Assembly: GCA_024679065.1 (NCBI GenBank)
Contig: JAGIQG010000020.1
Location: 21,390,001-21,454,000 of the forward strand
DNA: 64,000 nucleotides
Source of the DNA: Sphyrna mokarran
Taxonomy: Eukaryota
Direction of reading: 5' to 3'
Part shown: one piece after another, positions 12,762-24,020 of the stretch
Layout: each line of letters starts with the position of its first letter
Numbering within the stretch: the stretch's first letter is position 1
Program-made: the position numbers and the translations under genes
The notes under the pieces: model-generated
What the model saw: the letters and a program-made list of their open reading frames with translations, nothing else
What the model was told of the DNA's origin: nothing
Databases searched by the model: none

Positions 12762-12990
12762 TAAACCATCTAACCTGCACGTATTGGACAGTAAGAGGCA
12801 AGGTAACATGGCCAACCCATCTCAACCGCACATCTTTTGGACTGTGGGAGGAAACCGGAGCATCGGGAAGAAACCCATGCAGACATGGGGAGAATGTGCA
12901 GACTCCACATAGACAGTGTTACAAGACTGGAATCGAACCTGGTCACTGGCACTGTGAGGCAGCAGTGCTAACTAACCACTGTGCCACTCA
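12762..12990 (-). mobile_element. HE1-like V-SINE, tail-to-tail with the previous copy
   Basis: ggactgtgggaggaaaccggagca...ctgtgaggcagcagtgctaa is the reverse complement of the V-SINE body and head. Confidence 0.85.
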
Positions 12991-13349
12991 TTTTTCTTTG
13001 CCTCCTGCCTTCCCACATTTACAATCCAACTGGAAATGACTTTGTCTGTTAGTTCCTCACCTCCCATTTTAATATATCTGTGCCGCTTTGAATTGGTAAG
13101 AATCAATTGTCCCTTCTAGTTCTGATCGATTGAGATGGGGGAAGTTAATAATATTGGGGGAGGTGATAATATTCTGCCTCCACCTCAGTTAAAAGGACAT
13201 TTCAATCCTGTTGTATAGTTCCTGTGACATGTCTCCTCCCCAGCCGGGACTGGGCTCCCCTCCCTACCTTTCCTGAAATAGATTTGTACCTTAAAACACA
13301 CATTGAGAGAAGGGAGGGAGTACCTTCCTCAGCCATTGGTCATTTAAAT

Positions 13350-13828
13350 GCATCCAGTGAACGGGTGATACGATTGATCTGAATTTGATCACCAGTAAAT
13401 TGGGTTTGGAAACGAATGTTTGGTGTTTTGGAAAGCCTGCTGTGAAGTGTAGGGTGGGGAGCCGCTGTTAACGAAATCAGAATTCGAGAAGCTATAACTA
13501 CAGATCAAGTAAAGTGTGGACCGGTTGCGAGCTGATGAATTCGGCTCTCCCCGGTTCCCTTTCCAATGTCACAGAGCGTTTGTCTGAATGAAGCCACGTG
13601 TCAAAGAGTGTGGGGGAGCGGGGAACGAGGCAGACAGGGGGTGCACGGAGCTCGGAGCTCCTGGAATCGCAGGGCAATGATTGCAGCGGGCTCCCTCATG
13701 CCACACCATCATGTCTCTCGCTCGCCTCCCGTGTGCTGATGCACTGGAAGTGACAGCAAGGCGAGGTTCCTTCAAAGTCGCCGCATGAAGAGCTGCCCGA
13801 AGAATCTATCCGTGCTGGAGATTTCAAT
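13350..13828 (+). promoter_or_regulatory. CpG-enriched promoter/5' UTR region of CABP7
   Basis: Marked rise in GC and CpG versus the CpG-depleted flanks; TE-free from about 13000 to 15570; E-box CACGTG at 13595-13600. The TSS cannot be located from sequence. Confidence 0.6.
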
Positions 13829-13937
13829 ATGCCAATGCACCCGGTGACTGCGACTTTAATGTACAGGGGGATTTACACCATCCCTGACATCCTCAGCAAC
13901 CAGGACCCTGTGGACATACCTGAGGATGAACTGGAAG
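13829..13937 (+). CDS. CABP7: CABP7 (calneuron-2) coding exon 1
   Basis: Translates MPMHPVTATLMYRGIYTIPDILSNQDPVDIPEDELE, matching the vertebrate CABP7 N-terminus (human MPFHPVTAALMYRGIYTVPNLL...VDIPEDELE). Ends at donor G|GTGAGT (13938); 109 nt, phase 1. Confidence 0.96.
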
Positions 13938-14949
13938 GTGAGTGCTATCCACACACTGTGTTAGCTACCAGGACGTGTTTGTTTGTGTTGGGGGTCTTTT
14001 TTTTTGCTACACCAGCAACCTCTGGTCTAGAACGGCGTTTGTCAATTTTTGAAAACTGTTGCTGGGAGAGCGAGCCCAGCTCTTTTCTCTGTACTTAGGG
14101 GAGAGGATTCTGACTGTGGAAATGTGTTGCTTGTGTGAGACAGTTGAGAGATGGAGTGAGTGCGTTAGAGAGAAGGTAAATATCTCCCTCGCCCCCCATC
14201 CATCAATATTGCTACAAAACACAGATGGGGCGAATGGAAAGCAAAGGCAGAGCTGATAGGAAAAAGGGGGCTGAGTCTTTGGGTTTGGGATGGAGCTCGC
14301 TTCTATAGTTTCCACTCGCTAATGGTGAGGAGGGGGCACCAGTTTTGCCCCCTTCTCCATATCCCGGTACCATTGCTTTTTATTGTTGGTGTGCCGCCTT
14401 ACTTTGGGGGGGGGGGCAGCTTGTACTGGAAGGCTAAATGTCCCTCGCCTCAGACATCAATCACCCCCTCAGATAATCTAATAGAGATTGAGAGCAATTC
14501 CCTGGGTGCATTAACACAGCCCTTGTTGTGCCAACGTGCGAACGTGTTGCTGGATCTCTGATTCATCTCCTCCGCACGCTGGGTAACTTTAGACAGTCAT
14601 GGAATATTTGTCATGTGTTTAAAGAGGTTGAAATGGTGAGATTCACGCTCCAGTAGCCCCATTAATAGTCTGCTGCTAATTATGCACAGGAATATCTGGC
14701 TAGGTCGCTTACTTCTTAGAGAATTTTGTCACGATCCGTCCCCTAAATTAGTTGCACACGGATTTGATCCTGAATCTGGTTTGTTAAAAAGTCAACCATT
14801 GGCAGGGAAAAGGAGCCGCGCTAGGTGGCTGCTATCTAAATTTTCCACTTAACTTGCCGAGAACCCCAACATTGTGAATGGAGTAAAGTACCCCGCGGGG
14901 CCAATCAATCTCAAATGTGACTGTCTGTAAACCTCGCTTCTCCCAACAG

Positions 14950-15093
14950 AGATCCGCGAGGCGTTTAAAGTCTTTGACCGCGATGGGAACGGGTACATCT
15001 CGAAGCAGGAGCTGGGCATGGCGATGCGATCACTAGGCTACATGCCAAATGAGGTGGAACTGGAGGTGATCATCCAAAGACTGGATATGGACG
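14950..15093 (+). CDS. CABP7: CABP7 coding exon 2 (EF-hand 1 and start of EF-hand 2)
   Basis: Acceptor cttctcccaacAG|, donor |GTAGGA; 144 nt. In frame with exon 1: [48 protein letters not shown]. Canonical EF loop [12 protein letters not shown]. Confidence 0.97.
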
Positions 15094-15574
15094 GTAGGAG
15101 GCAGAATGCAATTTCTTGCATCCTGGCACCCTCTTATCGGGGTGTCAGGATGATCACAATAACTGCTGCCTCAGATCGAAGCACATTGCAGGCTGGTACC
15201 ACAGAGTGTCTGTTTGCAGTTAGCTCCAGTAGAAATCATTGGTCTAAGATATGGCTTTCTTGTTACCTTCAGTTGTTGGGAAAATGTTTGCTGAATTTCT
15301 TTATTCCCCCCCCCCCGTCTCTCGCTTAAACCTTGGTCTTTTGCTGCATCAGAATCAGATCACATCTCAACCTGAGATTGCATTATATACAGCCAAGTGG
15401 GTGGTGGAAAGGTTCATACATAAAGATAACGGGGCTTGGGGAAGCAACAGATTTCACGTCAAAAATCTATCAAATTAATGAAACTAAACATAATTTCAAG
15501 TGCTGCATTATGCCCTAGTGTTGAGCGAACTACAGGTGGCACATAATGCACCATACTACCACTTTAAATCCATA

Positions 15575-15740
15575 CACTCCAAAGACGTGCAGGGTAGGTT
15601 TCTTGGCCACGTTAAATCGCCCCTTAGTGTCAAGGGGATTTGCAAGGTAGATAAATGGGGTTACGGAGATAGGGCCTGAGTGGTGGGTGCAGACTAGATG
15701 GACCGAATGGCCTTCTTCTGCACTGGAGGGATTCTATGAT
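15575..15740 (+). mobile_element. HE1-like V-SINE 3' part, tail type A (CR1/HER1-like)
   Basis: ccaaagacgtgcag...gaatggccttcttctgcactggagggattctatga. Confidence 0.8.
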
Positions 15741-15806
15741 TATCTGCTAGGTAGAATTGGCTGTCTTTCTAATGGAAGCAACGGTGGCTGCCTGCAATGT
15801 AAAATG

Positions 15807-15969
15807 GTTGTCATGATGTGGAGATGCGGCGTTGGACCGGAGTAAACACAGTAAGTAGTCTCACAACACCAGGTTAAAGTCCAACAAGTTTATTCAGTAG
15901 CAAAAGCCGCTAGCTTTCGAAAATAAAACTGTTGGACTTTAACCTGGTGTTGAGAGACTTCTTACTGTG
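15807..15969. mobile_element. Penelope-derived palindromic insert (P1)
   Basis: Inverted arms; 14 bp direct repeat tgcaatgtaaaatg at 15793-15806 and 15968-15981. Confidence 0.8.
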
Positions 15970-16654
15970 CAATGTAAAATGCCAGTATTGAGGAAGTGGA
16001 TCCGTAGCTCAGCAATCGAGATGAAGTGTATCTTTAGATACACTTGAAAGGCAGAGTATGAACTTGCCGGCGGTATAACAATCTCAGATAGTGTGAATTG
16101 TCCCCATATAATCTCCTCACGTCCAGGGTTAATTGCCCGGCCCCCCTGCACATTGAGGTTTTTGAAAATCCCGTCAAGCGATTGACTGGGATTTTAATGT
16201 CAAGAGGATAGCGAAGGTGCTGGAATTAGTCTCGGAGAAGGACTTTCCTAATGATCGAGGAAAGGGAATCTGAATTTACACCATTGTTCATCAACTCTGA
16301 GCAGCAAATTTGACATTTATTTGATTGTATTTAACATGTCCCCTTGCCTCTACCTCAACAGAGGGCAACTCTTACGTGCGTCACTGTATACTTATTCGTT
16401 TTTTTAACGTTGTGCTTTCCAGAAACTTGTGTACATGTTTGCGATGTTTTTTTTAAAGGATACTATTATAGCCCGTTCATGAGCTGGGGGTAATCTGTTA
16501 TATCGAATTGGTTGATAGGATAACATCAGACTGCTCTGTATGTTACAAGGCAAATGGGAGATGGGGCTACATACCACTGGAAATAAAGGGTGAGATTTGT
16601 TGAAGGGGAAATTTTGTTATTGATCAAAATGAAATTTCAGATCAAGACAACTTA

Positions 16655-17135
16655 AATTTTAAGTGTCAGAAGGAGGTTTACATTAACACTGTAGTGAAGT
16701 TTCTGTGAAAATCCCCTAGTTTTTTATTTGTGTAGCAAGTAGGCCTACATTAACACAGCAATGAAGTTACTGTGACAATCCCCTAGTTTTTTATTTATTA
16801 GCGTCCCAAGTAGTCTTACATTAACACTGCAATGAAATTTCTGTGAAAATCTAGTTTTTATTGGTTTCACAAGTAGGCTTACATTAACACTACAATGAAA
16901 TTTCTACAAAAATCTCCTAGTTGTCAGTCTGGTGCATATTTAGATACTGAGGGAAAATTTAGCATGGCCAATGCACCTAAACATCAGTCTTTTGAATTGT
17001 GGGAAGAAACCGGAGCATCTGGAAGAAACCCATGCAGACACACGTGTTAGATTCCGAGTGACCCACGCTAGGAACCGAATCTGGCTCCCTGGCCCTGAGA
17101 GGCAGCAGTGATAACCACTGTGCCACTGTGCCATC
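16655..17135 (-). mobile_element. HE1-like V-SINE, type B, with a four-fold tandem tail
   Basis: Four ~65-70 bp units containing tacattaacac..aatgaa.tt.ctgtgaaaatc(ccc)tag at 16660-16920, followed by the SINE body. Confidence 0.85.
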
Positions 17136-17714
17136 CTATACATGGGTGTGAGGGAGGAAAATAACACTCCAGAAGTCTGAGCTCTTCTTTTTGAGCTAGA
17201 TTAAGGTTAAGACCCTTACTCCAAGAAAGGGGAAGAATGTGCACAAACTGAAGGCAGACTTGATGATGGATAATCACTGCATTGACTGGAGATAATGGGA
17301 ATGTACAAACCAAAGGGAAAATGAAATAGAGATGGATTGGGAAGGATACTGCCAGGATGGGGTTGTGCCAACCTAGAACAGAAAGGCAAGACCAAAAAAA
17401 TCCATCAGAAAAATAAAGTTCTGTCCCACAGTGAAGGGAAAATCTACTGCATCTTCTCAAATTGAGAGATAGTAGCAGTTACAAACGAGCTAAGTGTGAG
17501 GGATTGCATCAAAAGCTCGGGTACGTCAGAAGCTCAGCCTCCTCCTACACTTGAATATCAATATTTTCTTCAGGAGAATTGAATGCTGAAGTGGGATCAT
17601 TGGAGACTATGCTCATAATGAGTAGAGGAAAAAGCTCGAAGGGCATCTGCTCCTACCTTCTATGTTTGTATGTTTCTATAAGACAAATGTGTGAAAGTGA
17701 GAGTTTCCCATTTC

Positions 17715-18100
17715 TGTAGCCTCATTTCTAGCACTCACAATGTCTCAAAGAGATGCAGAACCAATGAATGTAAAATAGATTTGTTGTACAACAGTCATCA
17801 GAAGGGTTGAATTTGTACACCCCAAGCTCCTTAGAGGAGAGAAGCGATTAGTTGATCCGCGTTAGCTGGCATTGATTCAGAGATGAGTGCTAGGCTGCAC
17901 GCTGAAATGACTCCTTTTCCCTTGGGAGAATGTTGTCGGATCTTCTGCTTCCACCCTCGGTTTAACAAAATTTATCTCAAAACACGCCGCATCTGACAGT
18001 GCGGCACTCCCTCCGTGCGTGCTGCACCAAAACATGCTCCAGTCCTGGTCCGAGGCTTGCACATTCATGATTCAGATGCAAGTGCTGGCGCCACGCCAGG
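17715..18100 (-). mobile_element. Old Deu-domain SINE (SacSINE1-like)
   Basis: cctcggtttaac..atctcaaaacacgccgcatctgacagtgcggcactccctc is the reverse complement of the Deu-SINE region gagggagtgctgcactgtc...gttaaaccgagg. Confidence 0.6.
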
Positions 18101-18222
18101 ATGATACATTCAGTGATAAGGCATCCCACTCTGTAGAAGCTGATTCGTGTATCACTGTAATTCAGCGAATCGCACGATCCCAAATTATTTGAACCCTCCA
18201 TTCTAGAAATGTGAGGGTATAA

Positions 18223-18658
18223 ATTTAAAATGCTACTTACTCGTGTTTACCGTGCGGACTTTCTAAGACGTATATTCAACACGAATCAATTAAATAAAAA
18301 TTGCCTCAGCTTTTTAGAAATCGGAGGCTCGCGTCTTTTGAGTGACTGAACAATAATCTACTTAATGTAGCGAGCAACCAGTGATATTAGGAGCATTTAC
18401 TCAGATGCCAAGACATAACTCTCGGCCTCTCTCCACTTGGTAAAGGGAACGCATGGAAACATCAGAATGGATCTTGCGTCCAGAGGCACTTGCGCCTCCT
18501 TTTACATTAATAACCGACATTAAGTAGATTATTGTTCAATCACTCAAAAGACATGAGCCTCCGATTTAAAAGAAACTGAAGCAGTTTTCATTTAATGAAA
18601 TCACAATGAATGTATGTTTTAGCCTGCATGGTAAGTATGGCTAAATAGTATTTTAAAT
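18223..18658. repeat. Long imperfect inverted repeat (foldback)
   Basis: 18318-18368 versus the reverse complement of 18517-18567 is 48/51 identical; similarity extends out to atttaaaat (18223) / attttaaat (18658). Confidence 0.92.
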
Positions 18659-18704
18659 GTCTATTATTGGCTCACAGTTACTTGAACCTCCTTGATTACT
18701 GAGT

Positions 18705-19027
18705 TGGAGATGCTGGTGTTGGTATGGGGTGGATAAGGTGAGAAATCACAGGATACCAGGTTATAATTCAGCAGATTTATTTAAAACGTCGAGCCTTGGG
18801 AGCACTGCCCCTTCCTCAGGTGAAGTGGAGAAAGGTGCCCAGGCAGAGAACATGTAGGCAGAGTGACAACAGCCCCAAACTCGCAGGTAATTGAGCATCA
18901 CTCCATCTATATATTCTGTGCCTGTGCGTCTCTACCCACTTCACCTGAGGAAGGAGCAGCGCTCCCAATGCTTGTGATTTCAAATAAACTTGTTGACTAT
19001 ATTCTGGTGTCCTGTGACCTCTCATCT
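18705..19027. mobile_element. Penelope-derived palindromic insert (P1 variant)
   Basis: Arms gggagcactgccccttcctcaggtgaagt / acttcacctgaggaaggagcagcgctccc. Confidence 0.75.
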
Positions 19028-19054
19028 TGTCCTTTATCATTGGCTCCCAGGCAG

Positions 19055-19355
19055 AACATAAAATCCCTGCAGTGCAGAAGGAGGCCATTCAGCCCATTGA
19101 GCCTGCATCTGCAACAATCTCACACAGGCCCTAGCCCTGTAACCACATGTATTTACCTTGTCCCTTGACACTTAGGGGCAATTTATCATTGTTAATCAAC
19201 CTAACCCACACATTTCTGCACTGTTGGAGGAAACTGGAGCACCCGGAGGAAGACAGAGAGAATGTACAAACTCCACCCAGGTAGTCACCCAAAGCCAGAA
19301 TTGAATTCAGGTCCCTGGCACTGTGAGGCAGCAGTGTTAACCATTGTGCTGCATG
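19055..19355 (-). mobile_element. HE1-like V-SINE, tail type A
   Basis: aatccctgcagtgcagaaggaggccatt...ctgtgaggcagcagtgttaacc. Confidence 0.85.
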
Positions 19356-19714
19356 ACAACCTACTTTACTATTGGCTCCCAGCACTTTTGCGTCCACTAT
19401 TATTGGTTCCTTCCCTGCTAGGTTCCCCAGTAAACACTGCCAGGTTTCTTAACTATTCCAAAGAGAGGCGGTAAATTCTGCAGCCCAACCTCCTCCAGCA
19501 ATTGATGTCGCATAATTTATGAAGTGGCTAAACTTCACCTCATGCACAACACCTGCTCCTAGTAATTGGTTGAAAGACATACTGCTGGGTTAAACCTGCA
19601 TTGGAATTTGTTAAATGATCTTAATGCTGCTCAAAGTATCTTAACATCTGGACTGCTGTTGGCAAGTCGATGCAAAAAGATGACCAGATTTTTACTCACT
19701 GTACTTTTTTTAAA

Positions 19715-19866
19715 TTAAAGCAAAATACTGCGGATGCTGAAAATAAAATCAGAAAATGCTGGATAAACCCAGCAGGTCTGCCGAGAGAGAAACATAGTTA
19801 ACACATCTGTTTCCTCTCTCCTCAGCCACTGCCAGATCTGTTGAGTTTATTCAGCATTTTCTGTAT
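19715..19866. mobile_element. Penelope-derived palindromic insert (family P2)
   Basis: cagaaaatgctggataaacccagcaggtctg / cagatctgttgagtttattcagcattttctg inverted arms; same family as the 34510-34615 and 55955-56065 termini. Confidence 0.7.
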
Positions 19867-20625
19867 CCCTTTTTTAGAAAGTGGTTCTAGCTCTACATTG
19901 GTAATTACAGGAATAATAGGATCCCTTTGGAAGATAATTTGCCTTAAGCATGATTTGAACATGGCCAGAAATCTGATCAACTATTTGACCTTTCACAAAT
20001 CCGGCATTGTTTGAATTTCAATTGATGAAGGTTAACACAGGAGGGCATTCTGCAATTCTACCAGTGTAGCCAATTTGGTTTTTTTTGCCCCACTTGTGCA
20101 TATGTATTATAAATGAACTGTAGGCATATGATATAGAATACAAGTATTTTTCATTACAATTCCTCACCTCCCTGGTATTGTTTCCTTGTGTGAATTCATC
20201 ATCTAGGCAAGTCATTTAAGGGATTGTATTCTTAACTTTTTTAATCTTAGGAAAAATATAAACATGACTATGTATACAAAGTGCGAGGACGACAGTGGTC
20301 TGTTTTTGTTGCTGTGTTGAGGATTCCTGCTTTCAATTAACAAATATCAGCAATTTTCTTATTAGTTTTGCTTGCTGCAGACTTGCTGAAGGTCATTCTT
20401 AGTAGCATAATTAAATAAAAATAAGACATTTTAATCAGTTAGACTGATCTTAATATGCTTAGCAAATAGGAACATTTTGAAATATCACCAAGTTTGTGGC
20501 AGAAATAAATAGCCCACAAGATTTTTTTTTACCAGCAAGCATAAGGGTGGCTGCCATTGTTGAATATATTGCAGTGGATGAGATGCCAGCCCAGGAACAT
20601 TGGGGCAATTTTAACCTAAAGAGAG

Positions 20626-20995
20626 ATTTGCATTTGTATAGTGCTTTTCAGAACCTCAAGGTGTCTGAAAAAGCTTTACAGCCAGGGAAGTATTTCTGAA
20701 GTGCAGTCACTGTTGGGATGTAAGAAACACAGCAGTCAATTTGTGCACAGCAAGTTCCCACAACTGCAATGTGATCATTTGTGATGTTGATTTGAAGAAT
20801 AAGCATTGGCCAGGATACTTTGGGGTAATTCCCCTGTTCTTCTTCAGAATACTACTTTGGCTTCTTATACTTTCACCTCCGAGAACAGACAGGACATCTT
20901 ATCCAAAATACAGCATCTCCAACCATGTAGCACTCTCTCAGTATTGTGCACATTGTCAACCTTGATTTCACTGTTCAAGTTTCAGGAGTTGATAC
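20626..20995 (-). mobile_element. Deu-domain SINE (SacSINE1-like) with L2-type tail
   Basis: gctttacagcc..gtcactgttg..aatttgtgcacagcaagttcccaca..ttggccaggatac..cccctgttcttcttc matches the reverse complement of the Deu domain. Confidence 0.75.
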
Positions 20996-21611
20996 AACTG
21001 AGTCAGCTGCCTGTTTTAAACTCCCCTGATTCATAATAATAAACCAAAAAATCAGATGGATGTAAGACAGCCTACCCCATCCTATCCATTTTCTGCTAGA
21101 CAATTTAGGTTAAAACTGGCCCCTAAAAGAATCCATAAATGAAGAAGCAGATAATAGCTGAGGCAGTTATGGATTCCACAGTTGAGTCATTTAGTGAGCC
21201 ATAGAGGTGCAATGTATCTGTGAACTTATATTCTTTACAGAGGCTGGGACTCAGAAGTGTGCACAATGATCTGAAGAGGTAGTAACCATCTGCAATAGAT
21301 TATCACTGTCAATAAAAGATATTATTGGCCTCAGATGTGATGCTCTGAGTAATTAGGACAATTAATCTTTTTACATTAATGCAATGTAAAACCTCAGACT
21401 GAGTTAAGATTACTAAGTTGTACTTTGGTGTGCTGTTTGAGTATAATGTGTCTTTCTGGAGTACTTACAATGAATTATGCAGATATGGATTGAAGACCAC
21501 GCACCTGACAAGTCTGTGTTGTTTTTTATCCTTCACACGAGCAACAGTCCGAATCCCATGTATTTACCATTTTCCATTTCTTCAGCCATTTATATAAACT
21601 GTACTTAAATG

Positions 21612-21830
21612 ATAGAAACATAGAAACTAAAAGCAGGAGTAGGTCATTCAGTCCTTCGAGCCTACTCCCCCATTCATCTTAATCATGGCTGAACATTGAA
21701 TTCAATATCCTGATCCGTCTCCTTTCCTCCCATATTCCTTGATTTGGCAGCCCCAGGAGTTATATCTAATTTCTTCTTGAAATCAGACAATGTTTTGGCC
21801 TCAACTACATTCAGTGACAGTGAATTTCAC
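21612..21830 (-). mobile_element. CR1 3' tail fragment
   Basis: atagaaacatagaaactaaaagcaggagtaggtcattcagtccttcgagcct. Confidence 0.7.
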
Positions 21831-22599
21831 CAAATGATCTTTGCTTCAATCATTAGCTCTAGTTGTGCATGTTGCAGTCTCAGAAACAAGTTCCTCCTCA
21901 TCTCAAATTTAATTTAGATCCTCCCACTTTCAATCCCAAAGTTACTGAAAACAATTTGGGTACACTTATTCTTCATGATTTCTCTTGTAAAGACAGGTCT
22001 GACCCAGAGTGTCGCGACCTCCACACAAATGGGGAAAGAAGGCAGATCCCAAATCCAAGCCATGTGGAACAAGGTTTAAATTCCATTGCTGTTGGATCAA
22101 TCTGATCCACACTGGCCATGCAGCCAACTGAGCCAATCAGCCAACAGAATCGACCAATCGACCACCCCACTCTCCCAGGGTCCAAATTACTGTTGAAACA
22201 TGCATTTTCACACACATGCATGAATGTTGTAGCCTGGATCTATGCATAGTGATAGAGGTTCCAGTTTCTTTCTAATACATGGATGAGGGGGAATCTCTCT
22301 CACTCTTACCACTTATCATTGGCATATGTTGGAAGAATTTACAAGTTGCTACTCAAACAATGTAGTTGCATTATGAAGACACATTTCCTGGCTCTGACAT
22401 GGGACTTGAACTCAGTGGCAAGGACATTATCCACTACACAAAAATATCTCCCATATGTTTATTTTATCCCTCCATAATTTAAAACAGTTCGATCAAATCA
22501 TCCCTTCATCTGCACTGTTTCCATCAAATCCACTCATGTTTTTCCAGTTGGATTCATATTCTGCTCCAGCTGGAGTTTTGTTTCCAATCCAATTTTGTA

Positions 22600-24020
22600 C
22601 CATTCCCTTAGGAAGGACATGAATTCTTGAGTGAGGGTAGAAAAGAGATTTACTAGAATGGGCCCAGTCACGAGGGATTAGCTATATCAATAGACTAGAG
22701 GAACTGGACTGTTCTTCTTAGAAGGACAAAGGGAAATTTGATAGTGGTGTTTAAAATCATGAAGAGTAAATAATGCGAGAGCAGCTAAAGAGAAATGTTT
22801 CCAATGGTTGAAGATTTTCAGGGAAAGGATTTAAGGGAATTGGCAAAAGAACCAGAGGCAAGGTGAAAAACATGTTTCATGATGCATGATTGAGATTTGG
22901 AATGGATTGTATCTCAAGGGTATTGGGTATTGTCGCCTTCAAAAGGGGAAAGGATAAATACTTGAAGGAGAGTACATTACAGTGATATGGGAAAGTGTGA
23001 AACTAAACTGGATTGCATTTCTGTTGCAAATCTATGATTTGAATTTTCTCATATTAGTTCAATAAATGGAGGAGAGTGGAAACAGGAACTACAGTCAGCA
23101 GTTGGGAAAATGCTAGAATCCATTATTACTGAAGAAAATCATACTATGATTAGGCAGAATCAACATGAAAGGGAAATGTTTGACCAATTTGTTTGATGTT
23201 TTGAGAGTACAATTAGCAGGGTAACTAAGGGGGAGTCAGTAGATGCAGTACATGTGGACTCCCACAAAGCATTCATTAAGGTGCCACATTGGAGGATGTT
23301 AGACAACATTAGGGCTCATGGGATTGAGGGTAATATATCAATATGTATTGATTGATTAATGGACAAAAACCAGAGTAGGAATAAATAGATCATTTTCAAA
23401 ATTAAACCAGTGAAGTTCTGCAAGAATTAATGCTCGGGCCTAATGTATTTCCAAACTATATCAATGACTTAGATGAAGGAAACAAGTGTAACATTTTAAA
23501 GTTTACTGATGCTGCAAAGCTAGATGGGAAATTAATCTGTGAAGAAGACACAAAGAAGCTGCGTTGGATATGGATTGATTAAGTGATTGAGAAAGAAGGT
23601 GACAGATTGATTAAAGACATTTCGGTAGGAAGAAGAGAAAAGAATTAAAAATTCAGATATTTGAAGATTACATTTTTTCATATTCAAAGGGAGCTTGAAG
23701 TCCTTCTATATAAATCACTGAAAGCTAGCGAAGAAGTACAGCAAGCAATTAGTGGAGAAAATGCATGGGATTATGTGATAGGGCAGAAGGGTGGTCCTAG
23801 ATAAAATGCTCAGTCAGAGAGTCAATGTAGACTCAATAGGCTGAATGGCTTTGTTCTGCACTGTAGGCATTCTATGATTGACAGGTATGTGATATATATT
23901 GATAGAAGTTGGGAATCGGGAATTTGAGAAAAGGACCAGGAAAATGGCGGCGTAAAAGTTCGGTTATGATCTGATGGAGGAGGTTCAAGGGGTCAGTAAT
24001 GTACTTTTGCATTCTTATGT
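22600..24020 (+). mobile_element. Cluster of old CR1 fragments
   Basis: Decayed RT motifs (tatatcaatgacttagatgaagg = YINDLDE; aagtttactgatgct) and CR1 tails at about 23035 and 23875. Confidence 0.75.

Noticed and set aside
13891-13910. RE1/NRSE-like tcagcaaccaggaccc in exon 1
   Set aside because: Mismatches in both half-sites and explained by coding sequence; too weak to call.
13938-15329. ORF-track extensions 13829-14098 and 15018-15329 as full proteins
   Set aside because: Homology stops exactly at strong GT donors (13938 and 15094); the remainders are intron read-through.
16655-16920. CRISPR-like repeat array
   Set aside because: No unique spacers; the units are tandem SINE tails in vertebrate DNA.
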